Assembly: GCA_964522485.1 (NCBI GenBank)
Contig: CAZFUS010000008.1
Location: 15,042 to 47,041, forward strand
Reading direction: 5' to 3'
Length of the DNA: 32,000 nucleotides
Source: an uncultured Enterobacteriaceae bacterium
GTDB lineage: Bacteria > Pseudomonadota > Gammaproteobacteria > Methylohalomonadales > Methylohalomonadaceae
How positions within the stretch are numbered: position 1 is the first letter of the stretch; each line of letters opens with the position of its first letter. Below are positions 1 through 10,162 of this stretch, piece after piece. The notes under the pieces were generated by a model. The model was not told the DNA's origin, made no database searches, and saw only the letters and a list, made by a program, of their open reading frames with translations. The position numbers were made by a program, and so were the translations under genes.

Positions 1-10
1 GTGCGATTCA

Positions 11-38
11 AGGGCATCCTTCCAGATGCCCTTTTTTT
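11..38 (+). terminator. Intrinsic terminator of a + strand gene lying left of the window
   Basis: An 8-bp stem AGGGCATC (11-18) / GATGCCCT (25-32) with a 6-nt loop runs directly into a T7 tract (32-38). Confidence 0.7.
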
Positions 39-183
39 ACGAATTTTACTTGCTGCTACCCCGGGGGATGCCGCGGCTGTAATCAAACAGTCTGCAATTC
101 TGGTTTAGGGGTGCTATACACGGCCGACAGTCTCCCTCCGACCTTCAACTCATCAACGCCCTCTCCTGAGGTAACCGGAAGGC

Positions 184-232
184 AAAAAAGGCAGGTCGGC
201 CCCGTATCACTGGTACGGGATTGCCGGCTGCC
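184..232 (-). terminator. Intrinsic terminator downstream of etfA
   Basis: On the - strand the sequence reads GGCAGCCGGCAATCCCGTACCAGTGATACGGGGCCGACCTGCC. It forms a GC-rich compound hairpin with outer GGCAG/CTGCC and inner CCCGTA/TACGGG pairings, followed by TTTTTT (184-189). It begins a few nt after the etfA stop. Confidence 0.7.
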
Positions 233-235
233 ATC

Positions 236-1201
236 TCATTGTTCGAAATTGTTTCGCAGTTCATCAGCGATTTCAAACAGATCAACTACCACTCCATAAC
301 GAGCAATGCTGAATATGGAAGCCTCTGGATCCTTGTTGATGGCGATAATGTTTGGCACATGTTTCATACCGGCCATATGCTGAACAGAACCGGAAATACC
401 CATGGCTATGTAAACGTTGCAGTTGGCCACTGTTTTTCCTGACTGTCCCACCTGCCGTGATTTTGGCAGCCAGCCATTATCAGCAATAGGACGCGAACAG
501 CCCAGCGTGAACCCCATGATATCCGCAAGCTCCTGAAATTTTTCGACGTTATCCTCCTCGTCGATACCGCGGCCAATGGACAGCATGAATTCAGCCTGGC
601 TAATATCGACGTCGCCACCGCCTTCCGGCTCTATATATTCCAGATGCTGAGTATGCACTTCAGCCTGGGGCAGCTCAAAAGCCGTCATTTCGGCGTTACC
701 TTTGTCCTCGACCGGCTTGAAGACATTACCCCGCACCGTAAGCAATATCGTATCCCGGGCCGGAAAATCGAGTTCCATGTGAATTTTCTCCGCGTAAGCG
801 GCGCGGGTTGCCACGAGTTCGTCGTTTTCGTACCTGATGCCGAACACATCGGTGGCAAAACCGTAATTTCCCCGCATAGCGATTACGGGAGCGTAGCTCC
901 ATGCATCAACGCTGTGTGGCACCAGGACAACCGCCGGTTTGCGCTCACTGATGAGGGCACTGATAGCGGCTTCATAGGTGTCTACCTGAAACTCGTCTTC
1001 AGGGGTGGTGATCCTGATAATCTCATCCACTCCTTCCAGATTGAGCCGTTCCGAATATTTATCAGGGTCGCTGGCGAGCACTGTCACCATCAGTGGTTGA
1101 CTTTTTTCCGCCTTTAACTGCCTGGCTGCCGTAATAACTTCGAGACTGGCCGGCGTCAATTCACCCTGACGATGTTCCGATATCACAAGTATGCCGCTCA
1201 T
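236..1201 (-). CDS. etfA: Electron transfer flavoprotein alpha subunit (EtfA)
   Basis: The product is 322 aa from ATG 1199-1201 (MSGILVISEHRQGEL...). The C-terminal FAD-binding region (...YIAMGISGSVQHMAGMKHVPNIIAINKDPEASIF...) is typical of ETF alpha. The start lies 1 nt after the etfB stop. The 360-aa ORF-track form is an N-terminal extension that overlaps etfB. Confidence 0.9.
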   Translation of the reverse strand: MSGILVISEHRQGELTPASLEVITAARQLKAEKSQPLMVTVLASDPDKYSERLNLEGVDEIIRITTPEDEFQVDTYEAAISALISERKPAVVLVPHSVDAWSYAPVIAMRGNYGFATDVFGIRYENDELVATRAAYAEKIHMELDFPARDTILLTVRGNVFKPVEDKGNAEMTAFELPQAEVHTQHLEYIEPEGGGDVDISQAEFMLSIGRGIDEEDNVEKFQELADIMGFTLGCSRPIADNGWLPKSRQVGQSGKTVANCNVYIAMGISGSVQHMAGMKHVPNIIAINKDPEASIFSIARYGVVVDLFEIADELRNNFEQ

Positions 1202-1202
1202 T

Positions 1203-2003
1203 TTATGCCGCCCCCTGTAGTTCTTTAATGATTTCAGTGAGACGTGCAGCCTGTTCGGCCGGCGTCCCTTCAATGAACTCTGCCTGACCCTTTTCCGGCA
1301 TAACCATGCGCCTGACACGGGACAAAGAACCTTTCACACCGACATCATCATCCGTCAGACCAATGTCTTCATGCGACAAGACCTCGATCTCCTTGCTTTT
1401 TGCCTGTTTAATGCCACGCAAGGAGGCATAACGCGGATCGTTTATACCGAGTTGTATGGTCAGAACGGCCGGCAGATCGATGGACATCTTCTGTTCCAGA
1501 CCGCCTTCAAGTTCACGGTGTACCGTCGCCCTGGAATCACCCGGTTTCAGTTCCAGATGGTTAACCACGGCCGCATGCGGCCAGCCCAGTCCCGCTGCTA
1601 TATTCATCCCGGTCTGGGCAAATGCATGGTCAGAAGACAGTGTTCCCGCAAAGACAACGTCCGGCTGTTCACGCTCAATCACCTTGACCAGTATTCTGGC
1701 TATGGCGCTTGGATCCGAACCTTCTATGGCATCATCCCATATCCTTATACCGCGTTCGCCGCCTTTCGCCAGGCACCGGCGCAGGGCGTCATCAGCCTCT
1801 TCCGGCCCGACGGTTACAGGAACAACTTCGATATTTTCACCTTCATTGGCTTCCATGATCCGGAGCGCTTCCTCATAGGAATAGTCATCCCATTCATTCA
1901 GTTCATAATCCAGATAATCCGGGTCTACCCCCGTGCCATCCTCAAGAAGTTCAAAGTCTTCATCGAGTGCAGCTATCTGTTTGATCGGCACTAATATCTT
2001 CAT
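1203..2003 (-). CDS. etfB: Electron transfer flavoprotein beta subunit (EtfB)
   Basis: The 266-aa product starts MKILVPIKQ..., and its length and layout match the ETF beta family. It sits immediately upstream of etfA. TMADH is known to use ETF as its physiological electron acceptor. Confidence 0.9.
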   Translation of the reverse strand: MKILVPIKQIAALDEDFELLEDGTGVDPDYLDYELNEWDDYSYEEALRIMEANEGENIEVVPVTVGPEEADDALRRCLAKGGERGIRIWDDAIEGSDPSAIARILVKVIEREQPDVVFAGTLSSDHAFAQTGMNIAAGLGWPHAAVVNHLELKPGDSRATVHRELEGGLEQKMSIDLPAVLTIQLGINDPRYASLRGIKQAKSKEIEVLSHEDIGLTDDDVGVKGSLSRVRRMVMPEKGQAEFIEGTPAEQAARLTEIIKELQGAA

Positions 2004-2009
2004 AAAGCT

Positions 2010-3503
2010 TTACTCCGCTCTATTGGCTTTCATGTTTGAAGTTTCTGCTGATGTCATTTCAAGCGATTTACGAACCAGCATCTGGGTGGCAATAAATCGC
2101 ACCTGCGGCTCAGGATCATCAACCAGTCTGGTGTGTTCCGCCTCAGTAAGCACCGGATGCCTTGCCAGTATCGCCCGATTCAATGGATACGGGTCATCCA
2201 GCAGCATTTTCAGCACCACCAGTGGCGCCTGATTGTTCAGAATCACGGCGCGCCGGATATCCTTGTCGCTGTGTTCCGCTATTCTTTTCAGAATGCTCAG
2301 CGGCGTCGTCGGATTCTGGCCAATGCCGGACAGAATATCCGCGTCTTCCTCTTTCGCCAGTTCCAGGAGAATCGGCTCCGGCAAGTCGTCCCGGAATGCC
2401 ACCCCTGCCCGCACCCAGCTGTTGGGATCCCGGGCCAGCTCGTGCAACAACCCGGCCGGGCACGCCGGGTTGCGTGCCACAGCGCGCCTGACTTCGGCGG
2501 TTTCATCCAGTGCCAGCCGCCGGAGTATGTCTTCGGGCGTTGTGCGGTTCCGGGCCACCCAGCGCCGCACCCAGTGATCCTCGTCCTCTGACAGATGCTC
2601 GATCACGGCTGTTGTCAAGCCGGCCCGCTGGGCCTCGGAACGCCTGACCTGGCGCGAAGGATCATCGGACAGCGCCCCGACTTCCTCCGCCGGCAGCAGC
2701 AGATTGCGCACCGATGCCGCGCGCACCTGCGGCGCCGGGTCATTCAGCAGCCGCACAAGCCGCTCGATCTGTGCCGCCGGATTCGACGCCAGCATCCGCC
2801 GTACCAGTACCTCCTCATCCTTTTCAGCCATCTCCTGAATATCTGCTGGACAATGCTCATTGGCTGCCACCTCGCCACGCAGATACCTATCACCTCGGGC
2901 CCACAGATCGCGCAGCATGATGGCATCGGCATTTGGATGCTTGGCAATCTCCTTGAGCAACTCCAATGGCGCTTCAGCGACAATCTCCGCCAGAATCTCC
3001 CGGCCGGTGTTGGGGTTGCCGCACAGGGCTTTCTGTACCACCGCCGAACCGCGCCATTTCAGCCCTGCCAATAAATCCGCAGGCGCATTTCTGTGAGCGG
3101 CAACTGCCGCAGTGAGCGGTTCTGAACCGTTGTTGCTGACCAGTTCGCGCAGGGTTTCAAGCGGCGTCGCCGGGTGGCGTGCAAGTCGCGCCTTGAAATT
3201 CGGGTCAGCCGCTAAACGGGCCATTCTGGCCAGCACGGAGGCCGGCGTATAGGGTGCAGAGGAAAGCTGACGCCGGCGTTTACCGGTGGCAAACAGAAGA
3301 CTTTCCAGTTCACTGCGCCCGGCAGCATCCAGAAAAGGATGCAATGCCAGCCCAATGTAAATGTCATCCTGATCCACGGCCCGTTTCAGCAGTTCGTCAA
3401 GATACCGATTCCACTTGCCGCTGCCGGACCGTTGCCCGGAGTTACCGCTGATAGCCTGCATCACGCCCGTTACCCGGCTTTCAGACCTGTGCAGAATCTG
3501 CAT
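2010..3503 (-). CDS. Leucine-rich-repeat-variant (LRV) / HEAT-like repeat protein of unknown function
   Basis: A long ORF carries many degenerate ~24-30 aa repeats of the form xVRxxVAxNPxxPxxLLxxLAxDP. Examples are VRRAVARNPACPAGLLHELARDPNSWVRAGVA, QVRAASVRNLLLPAEEVGALSDDPSRQVRR and DIRRAVILNNQAPLVVLKMLLDDPYPLNRAILARHP. No Cys-cluster domain is present. The start is uncertain: TTG 3515, ATG 3503 (used here) or ATG 3461. None of these has a strong SD. Confidence 0.7.
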   Translation of the reverse strand: MQILHRSESRVTGVMQAISGNSGQRSGSGKWNRYLDELLKRAVDQDDIYIGLALHPFLDAAGRSELESLLFATGKRRRQLSSAPYTPASVLARMARLAADPNFKARLARHPATPLETLRELVSNNGSEPLTAAVAAHRNAPADLLAGLKWRGSAVVQKALCGNPNTGREILAEIVAEAPLELLKEIAKHPNADAIMLRDLWARGDRYLRGEVAANEHCPADIQEMAEKDEEVLVRRMLASNPAAQIERLVRLLNDPAPQVRAASVRNLLLPAEEVGALSDDPSRQVRRSEAQRAGLTTAVIEHLSEDEDHWVRRWVARNRTTPEDILRRLALDETAEVRRAVARNPACPAGLLHELARDPNSWVRAGVAFRDDLPEPILLELAKEEDADILSGIGQNPTTPLSILKRIAEHSDKDIRRAVILNNQAPLVVLKMLLDDPYPLNRAILARHPVLTEAEHTRLVDDPEPQVRFIATQMLVRKSLEMTSAETSNMKANRAE

Positions 3504-5628
3504 CAGTCCGGACAACTTTATCGAGTTCCATGCATTCCTCTACCAGTTCAATCAACTCACGGACCTTGATGTTCTTTTCGTTACCTGTTGACTTGACCGA
3601 ATCCTCGAACATGTTCATGCATTTGGGACAACTGACAACAAAAGTATCCAGGCCCTGAATTTCCGCCGCTTCTCGCATGCGGTTTTCCGAGGGTTTTTGC
3701 TTGTCCATGGGATCCGGGGTCCATATGCGGCCGCCTCCTGCCCCACAACAGAAAGAGTTGTCACGGGAACGTTTCATTTCAACAAGGTTGGCGCCCAGCA
3801 TGTGTATCGATTCGCGTGGTGCGTCATAGCCCTTGTTCATGCGCCCCAGATGGCAGGGATCATGAAAAGTTACGGTATTGTTGTTCAGGTTCTTCTTGAG
3901 TTTTATTTCGCCATTCGCAAGCATGTGTCGTATCAGCGTGCTGGCATGCTCGACATCATATTTACCGCCAAATTCCGGATATTCATTTTTTAACGTATTG
4001 AATGAATGCGGATCGGTTGTCACTATCCGCTTGAAATCGCATGACTCCAGCGTCTCGATATTCTCTTCTGCAAGGTGCTGGTACAAACCTTCCTCGCCCA
4101 CCCGGCGGACATCATTGCCGGCAGTCATCTCTGCTTCAAACAAAATACCAAAATCAACACCGGCAGAATGCAATATGCGTGCAAACGACTGCGACACCTT
4201 CTGATAGCGGGGGTCGAAAGAAGCAAAATCACCTACAAACCAGAGCACATCCACCGGCTCCTTGCGCGCATCTTTAATCTCAAAATCCAGTTTTTTGGTC
4301 CAGGCGGGACGCTTGCGTTTATTTTCGCCGAACGAATTGCCTTTCTTCTGTATATGCTGCAACGCAGTCTGGACCGCGGGTTCCATATCACCCTGTTCCA
4401 CCAGCTGGCGCCGCATCTCCACGATCATGGGTACGTGTTCGATGCCCACCGGACAGATTTCCACGCAGGCCGAGCAGGTCCGGCAGGCCCAGAGCGTTTC
4501 ACTGCGGATCTGATTGGGCCCGTCACCCAGTGCCGAAAGCGCCTCCGCTGCAGGCAGCGATCCGCCTTCCAGTTTGTCGGACGCCAGTTCGCGCAGAGAC
4601 AGCACCAGATCGCGCGGTGATAGCGGATAGCCGGTGGCATTGGCCGGACAGGCTTCATGACAGCGTCCGCATTTGGTGCAGGCATCAAGATGAAGCAGGT
4701 GCTTGCTGCTGAAGTCCGCGATGCTGCTATAACCGATTTTATCGCTCTCCAGATCCGCCATGGGCAGCCTGGAAGAAGGTTTCGGATCGCGCATCGACAG
4801 GGACGCCATGGCGGTGAATATATGCTTCACCTTGGTAAAGGGAATCAGGGCTATAAAAGCCAGGGCGAGAACGCCATGGAACCACCAGGTATAAAGACGC
4901 ACAGCCTCACCCGTCTCCGCCGACATGGACAGCCCCTGAAAAAGATAAGCCAGCAGCGTCCCGACCGGCGACCACCAGCGATAATCCCAGACGGTGGGAT
5001 CGTCCGCCAGCCATACCAGCCTGGCGGCCTCGAGTATATAACCTGTAATGGCAATAATAATCAGGGTCCATAAAAAGGCCCAGTCTTCCCGCCGGTAGAA
5101 GGTCCGGTCATAATCGGGGTCCTCCGGACTACGATCGGGGCGCTTGTAATCCAGTTTTGGTAGTGCGAGCCATTTCCGCCGGTACATCATGTACAGCAGG
5201 CCGGCGATCAGCGCCACCCCGGCAATATCCATCACGAGGGAGAACCATAAGTAGAAATCCCCGTACCAGAATGTGAATCCTAACAGCGGTTCGGTAATAT
5301 CATATTCAAGCGTAATGGTTGCTGTGCCAATGAACAGCAACACGAAGCCAAAGAAGATAAGCGCATGGGTATGACCGGCCGCCTTGTCACGACGCTTTAT
5401 CGGTCTGTGAGACAACAGGGCAGAAACCATGTCAACGATCCCGTTCCACAGATTTCTGATTCGTACAGGTTTTCCACGGCGATATTTCCTGATCTGGATG
5501 TAGCATCCGTATATAAAAACGGCTATGGCTAAAATGGCCACCACGTAAAACGACGCCAGCATCCAGCCAGGAAAGTCCTGGAACAATATGCGTGTAACGT
5601 TTTCAGGATCGTGTTGCGGATTGACCAT
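3481..5628 (-). CDS. Membrane-anchored heterodisulfide-reductase-like (Fe-S)-binding oxidoreductase (DgcB / EtfD-like), likely the ETF-oxidising quinone reductase
   Basis: The 715-aa product has a hydrophobic N-terminal ~270 aa with several predicted TM helices. It carries two ferredoxin-type motifs, CTKCGRCHEACP and CRTCSACVEICP. The C-terminal part has CCG-type cysteine-rich motifs (DPCHLGR, FCCGAGGG, VVSCPKC). It lies between tmd and etfBA. Confidence 0.8.
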   Translation of the reverse strand: MVNPQHDPENVTRILFQDFPGWMLASFYVVAILAIAVFIYGCYIQIRKYRRGKPVRIRNLWNGIVDMVSALLSHRPIKRRDKAAGHTHALIFFGFVLLFIGTATITLEYDITEPLLGFTFWYGDFYLWFSLVMDIAGVALIAGLLYMMYRRKWLALPKLDYKRPDRSPEDPDYDRTFYRREDWAFLWTLIIIAITGYILEAARLVWLADDPTVWDYRWWSPVGTLLAYLFQGLSMSAETGEAVRLYTWWFHGVLALAFIALIPFTKVKHIFTAMASLSMRDPKPSSRLPMADLESDKIGYSSIADFSSKHLLHLDACTKCGRCHEACPANATGYPLSPRDLVLSLRELASDKLEGGSLPAAEALSALGDGPNQIRSETLWACRTCSACVEICPVGIEHVPMIVEMRRQLVEQGDMEPAVQTALQHIQKKGNSFGENKRKRPAWTKKLDFEIKDARKEPVDVLWFVGDFASFDPRYQKVSQSFARILHSAGVDFGILFEAEMTAGNDVRRVGEEGLYQHLAEENIETLESCDFKRIVTTDPHSFNTLKNEYPEFGGKYDVEHASTLIRHMLANGEIKLKKNLNNNTVTFHDPCHLGRMNKGYDAPRESIHMLGANLVEMKRSRDNSFCCGAGGGRIWTPDPMDKQKPSENRMREAAEIQGLDTFVVSCPKCMNMFEDSVKSTGNEKNIKVRELIELVEECMELDKVVRTDADSAQV

Positions 5629-5710
5629 ATCGGATGACTGAAATCGGGATCATGAAATGCAACGAACTGCTGCCGGCCTGGGGGTTATCCGGACAATTTC
5701 TGAAAACACA

Positions 5711-5739
5711 CTCTGGCGCAGCCGTGGGCTGCGCCAGAG
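5711..5739 (-). terminator. Perfect 12-bp hairpin between tmd and the EtfD-like gene (partial terminator, attenuator or RNA-stability element)
   Basis: CTCTGGCGCAGC (5711-5722) and GCTGCGCCAGAG (5728-5739) pair around a 5-nt loop. On the - strand the hairpin is followed by TGTGTTTTCAG, a short U tract. It starts about 23 nt after the tmd stop. Confidence 0.5.
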
Positions 5740-5761
5740 TGATATTAAATGGCTGGCCATG

Positions 5762-7969
<2,208 letters not shown>

Positions 7970-8069
7970 TCAATATAAACAAATTGCAAGCTCAGCTGGA
8001 TCAACGATTTTGCATAACATCCAATTAAATAATTGCACTCGAAACATGAGAATACAGACATACCGATTA

Positions 8070-8819
8070 TTAAATAACAGCAGACTCCGCTGGCCTGTCA
8101 TCTTCCATCGGGTAGGCATATTTATCCCAAAACAGGTTGCCGATGTCCCATCCAGATTCGATCGCCGAATCAATCACATCCGATATAAAACGGCTGGAAC
8201 CGGAAATATACACAGTTACTGAATTATCTTTATCAGCAAAAATATTTCTAATATCAAACGAATGCACTTCAGTGGTTATCAACGTATTGATAGTTAAATA
8301 ATCAAGTGCTTCCCGGTTCAGATATTTAAAAATATCGTCCCTTTGCCTGACTATATGTGCAATTTCATAATTTTTATCCGTAAGACAGACCGTATTCAGA
8401 TGTGACAGAAAAGCGGCAATGCCGGATCCGCCGGCAATAAAATAGGCAGAATTATTATCATTGCTAAAATCAATACCCCGCCGCGGCATTGATATTTTCA
8501 GTCTGTCGCCTATGCGCGCATTCCTGTTAAGCCAGTTGTTTTTACTGTCATTATCAGACGGGCTGTCCACCACAATAATCTGGTAATGATCTGATTCATC
8601 AGGTGAGCTCGTTATGCTATAGGGCGTCGGTTTGTCGCCGGGTCTTAACGGAACACCTACCGCGATATTACTGCCTGCTTCAAAAGCCGGAAGCCTGCAA
8701 CAGTCGGCTGATCTAATCGTGAAACGTTTCGCAGATGCCGATACGATTTCCAGATCAGCAATGTAAACTGGCATTTCTCGCGTTCTTCCCATATTGTCTT
8801 CAACGATATGTTGACTCAC
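8070..8819 (-). CDS. Ferredoxin-NADP reductase-like (FNR/PDR-type) flavin and NAD(P)-binding oxidoreductase without an Fe-S domain
   Basis: The 249-aa product has an FNR-type beta-barrel segment with a xPYS flavin motif (KPTPYSITS) and a nucleotide-binding motif (YFIAGGSGIAAF). There is no CxxxxCxxC ferredoxin cluster. The GTG start overlaps the upstream stop as GTGA (8816-8819). In-frame ATGs at 8792 and 8774 are alternative starts. The gene is very AT-rich. Confidence 0.7.
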   Translation of the reverse strand: MSQHIVEDNMGRTREMPVYIADLEIVSASAKRFTIRSADCCRLPAFEAGSNIAVGVPLRPGDKPTPYSITSSPDESDHYQIIVVDSPSDNDSKNNWLNRNARIGDRLKISMPRRGIDFSNDNNSAYFIAGGSGIAAFLSHLNTVCLTDKNYEIAHIVRQRDDIFKYLNREALDYLTINTLITTEVHSFDIRNIFADKDNSVTVYISGSSRFISDVIDSAIESGWDIGNLFWDKYAYPMEDDRPAESAVI

Positions 8820-9952
8820 TTTCCCTTTTGTCTAAGGCGGAGAGGATCATAAAAAGGCGGCTTAAATACCGTCGCTTCACTGGTAAAATCGCCGCCATGC
8901 ACCTCTACCGACGTGCCTGGTGCGGAAAATTCGGGCTTGATATGAATAAGTGCAAGAGACTGCATTAAATACCGGCTGTAAACGGGTGTCGTGACAAGTC
9001 CCACCTCCTTGCCATCCTTGATTAACTTTGCCCCCTCGGGAGCTGCTTTATCACTCCTGCAGACGATTCCTGTCTGCAGAAATCTCTCTTTCCCTTTCTT
9101 TTGTTGCAAGGCTTTTTTTCCACGGAAATCGTCTCTTTCGACCTCGATTCCCCAGGACATACCATTCAAGTCTACGGCCCATGACATACCCAGTTCCCAT
9201 GGCGTGACATCGCCCTCAGGCATATCAAAAGGATAAAACAGGAGACCGGCCTCAACCCGGCAAAGATCCAGACAGGTGAACGAACAGGGCATTATGCCGA
9301 ACTCGGCACCTTCATCTAATATGGTGTCCCATAACTCGACAGCGTCATCGCTGGAGCAGAAAATCTCGTAGCCACGCTCGTGCGAATACCCTGCTCTGGA
9401 AATCAAAACATCTTTACCGAACAGCTTGCTCTTTTTATGATGAAAGTAAGGAAGTTCAGACAGTTCAATACTTGTATGGGGCGAGAGCAGATTTAACACC
9501 TGCGGACCTTGTACTGACAATATATGCACATCAGCATCCCTGGATATTGTTACATTCTTCCCTTTTGAATATTCTTCCAGGACCTCTTCGGCATCACCGT
9601 CACCATGGGTGGCTCGATACTGATTCTGATCATCACAGTAGACCAGGAAATCATCCGTAATGGCTCCTTCTTTATTGCACAGACATCCCAGTCTTGACTG
9701 TCCCGGCTTAAGCACTGACATGTCCGCTGCCTGCATGGCATTGATGACTTCAAGCGCATCTGGTCCAGTGATATTGATAACCTGCAGACAGGTAACATCC
9801 CACAGACCGACGCGTGACCTTACCGCGACATGCTCATCATCAGGATTTGTGTTATAAAGCCAGGGCACTCCCATATTCCATAACGGCTCCTCAAAACTGG
9901 CGCCAAGCTCTTTATGCCTGCTGTACAGAGCGTTATGTCTTAATTCAGTCAT
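8816..9952 (-). CDS. Aminomethyltransferase (GcvT) family folate-binding protein, a putative THF-dependent C1-capturing or demethylase component
   Basis: The 378-aa product starts at ATG 9950-9952 with a GGGAG SD 6 nt upstream. It has GcvT-like architecture: LYSRHKELGASF..., HVAVRSRVGLWDVTCLQVINITGPDALEVIN..., KPGQSRLGCLCNKEGAITDDFLVY. The ORF-track TTG 9973 start is less likely. Confidence 0.8.
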   Translation of the reverse strand: MTELRHNALYSRHKELGASFEEPLWNMGVPWLYNTNPDDEHVAVRSRVGLWDVTCLQVINITGPDALEVINAMQAADMSVLKPGQSRLGCLCNKEGAITDDFLVYCDDQNQYRATHGDGDAEEVLEEYSKGKNVTISRDADVHILSVQGPQVLNLLSPHTSIELSELPYFHHKKSKLFGKDVLISRAGYSHERGYEIFCSSDDAVELWDTILDEGAEFGIMPCSFTCLDLCRVEAGLLFYPFDMPEGDVTPWELGMSWAVDLNGMSWGIEVERDDFRGKKALQQKKGKERFLQTGIVCRSDKAAPEGAKLIKDGKEVGLVTTPVYSRYLMQSLALIHIKPEFSAPGTSVEVHGGDFTSEATVFKPPFYDPLRLRQKGK

Positions 9953-10071
9953 TGCCTGCTCCCGATATTTCAACTATATGCGCTTGATACCAAGACTTTT
10001 TCGGAAAAAGTCAAATAAAATTCAGGGCCCTATTTCAGGATTTTCAATCATGTACTCATGCCCCGAAGAGC

Positions 10072-10107
10072 GTCAATCGCCCCTAAGACATACCACCTAT
10101 GGAGTAA
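10072..10107 (-). promoter_or_regulatory. Composite upstream element facing the gcvT-like/tmd/etf operon
   Basis: On the - strand it reads TTACTCCATAGGTGGTAT-GTCTTA-GGGGCGATTGAC. The 18-nt box is a perfect inverted copy of 10163-10180. The 12-mer matches TGTGCAATTGAC at 9 of 12 positions and contains a TTGAC -35-like core about 120 nt upstream of the ATG at 9952. Confidence 0.55.
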
Positions 10108-10162
10108 ACTGATCAGCTGTTTATTTGCATGGCCTTCCGCTTACTTACTGAAAATTATGCAA

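Noticed and set aside
236-1318. The 360-aa form of the EtfA ORF, and similar long N-terminal extensions of soxG (14807), the LivF-like gene (19810), the GFA gene (23226) and tmd (7966)
   Set aside because: The extensions overlap the upstream cistron and lack family-typical N-termini. Internal starts with an SD and tight or overlapping junctions (1201, 14870, 19894, 23190, 7957) fit much better.
644-1994. Long antisense or alternative-frame ORFs within real genes, for example 644-1117 (+), 1371-1994 (+), 2133-2591 (+), 2595-3074 (+), 6449-7144 (+), 16528-17154 (-), 18753-19310 (-), 21849-22376 (-) and 28585-29340 (+)
   Set aside because: These are shadow ORFs opposite or overlapping genes with clear family signatures. 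Their translations are low-complexity and Arg/Pro/Ser-rich, as is typical of GC-rich antisense frames.
8031-8064. Partial motif relics upstream of tmd: AATTGCAC (reverse complement GTGCAATT) at 8031-8038, and AGACATACC at 8056-8064, which is shared with 10086-10094
   Set aside because: Only 8-9 nt match, the TTGAC core is absent (GTGCAATTAT), and the spacing between the two pieces (21 nt) differs from the 6-nt architecture. This is not enough to call a fifth site, although an internal tmd promoter remains possible.
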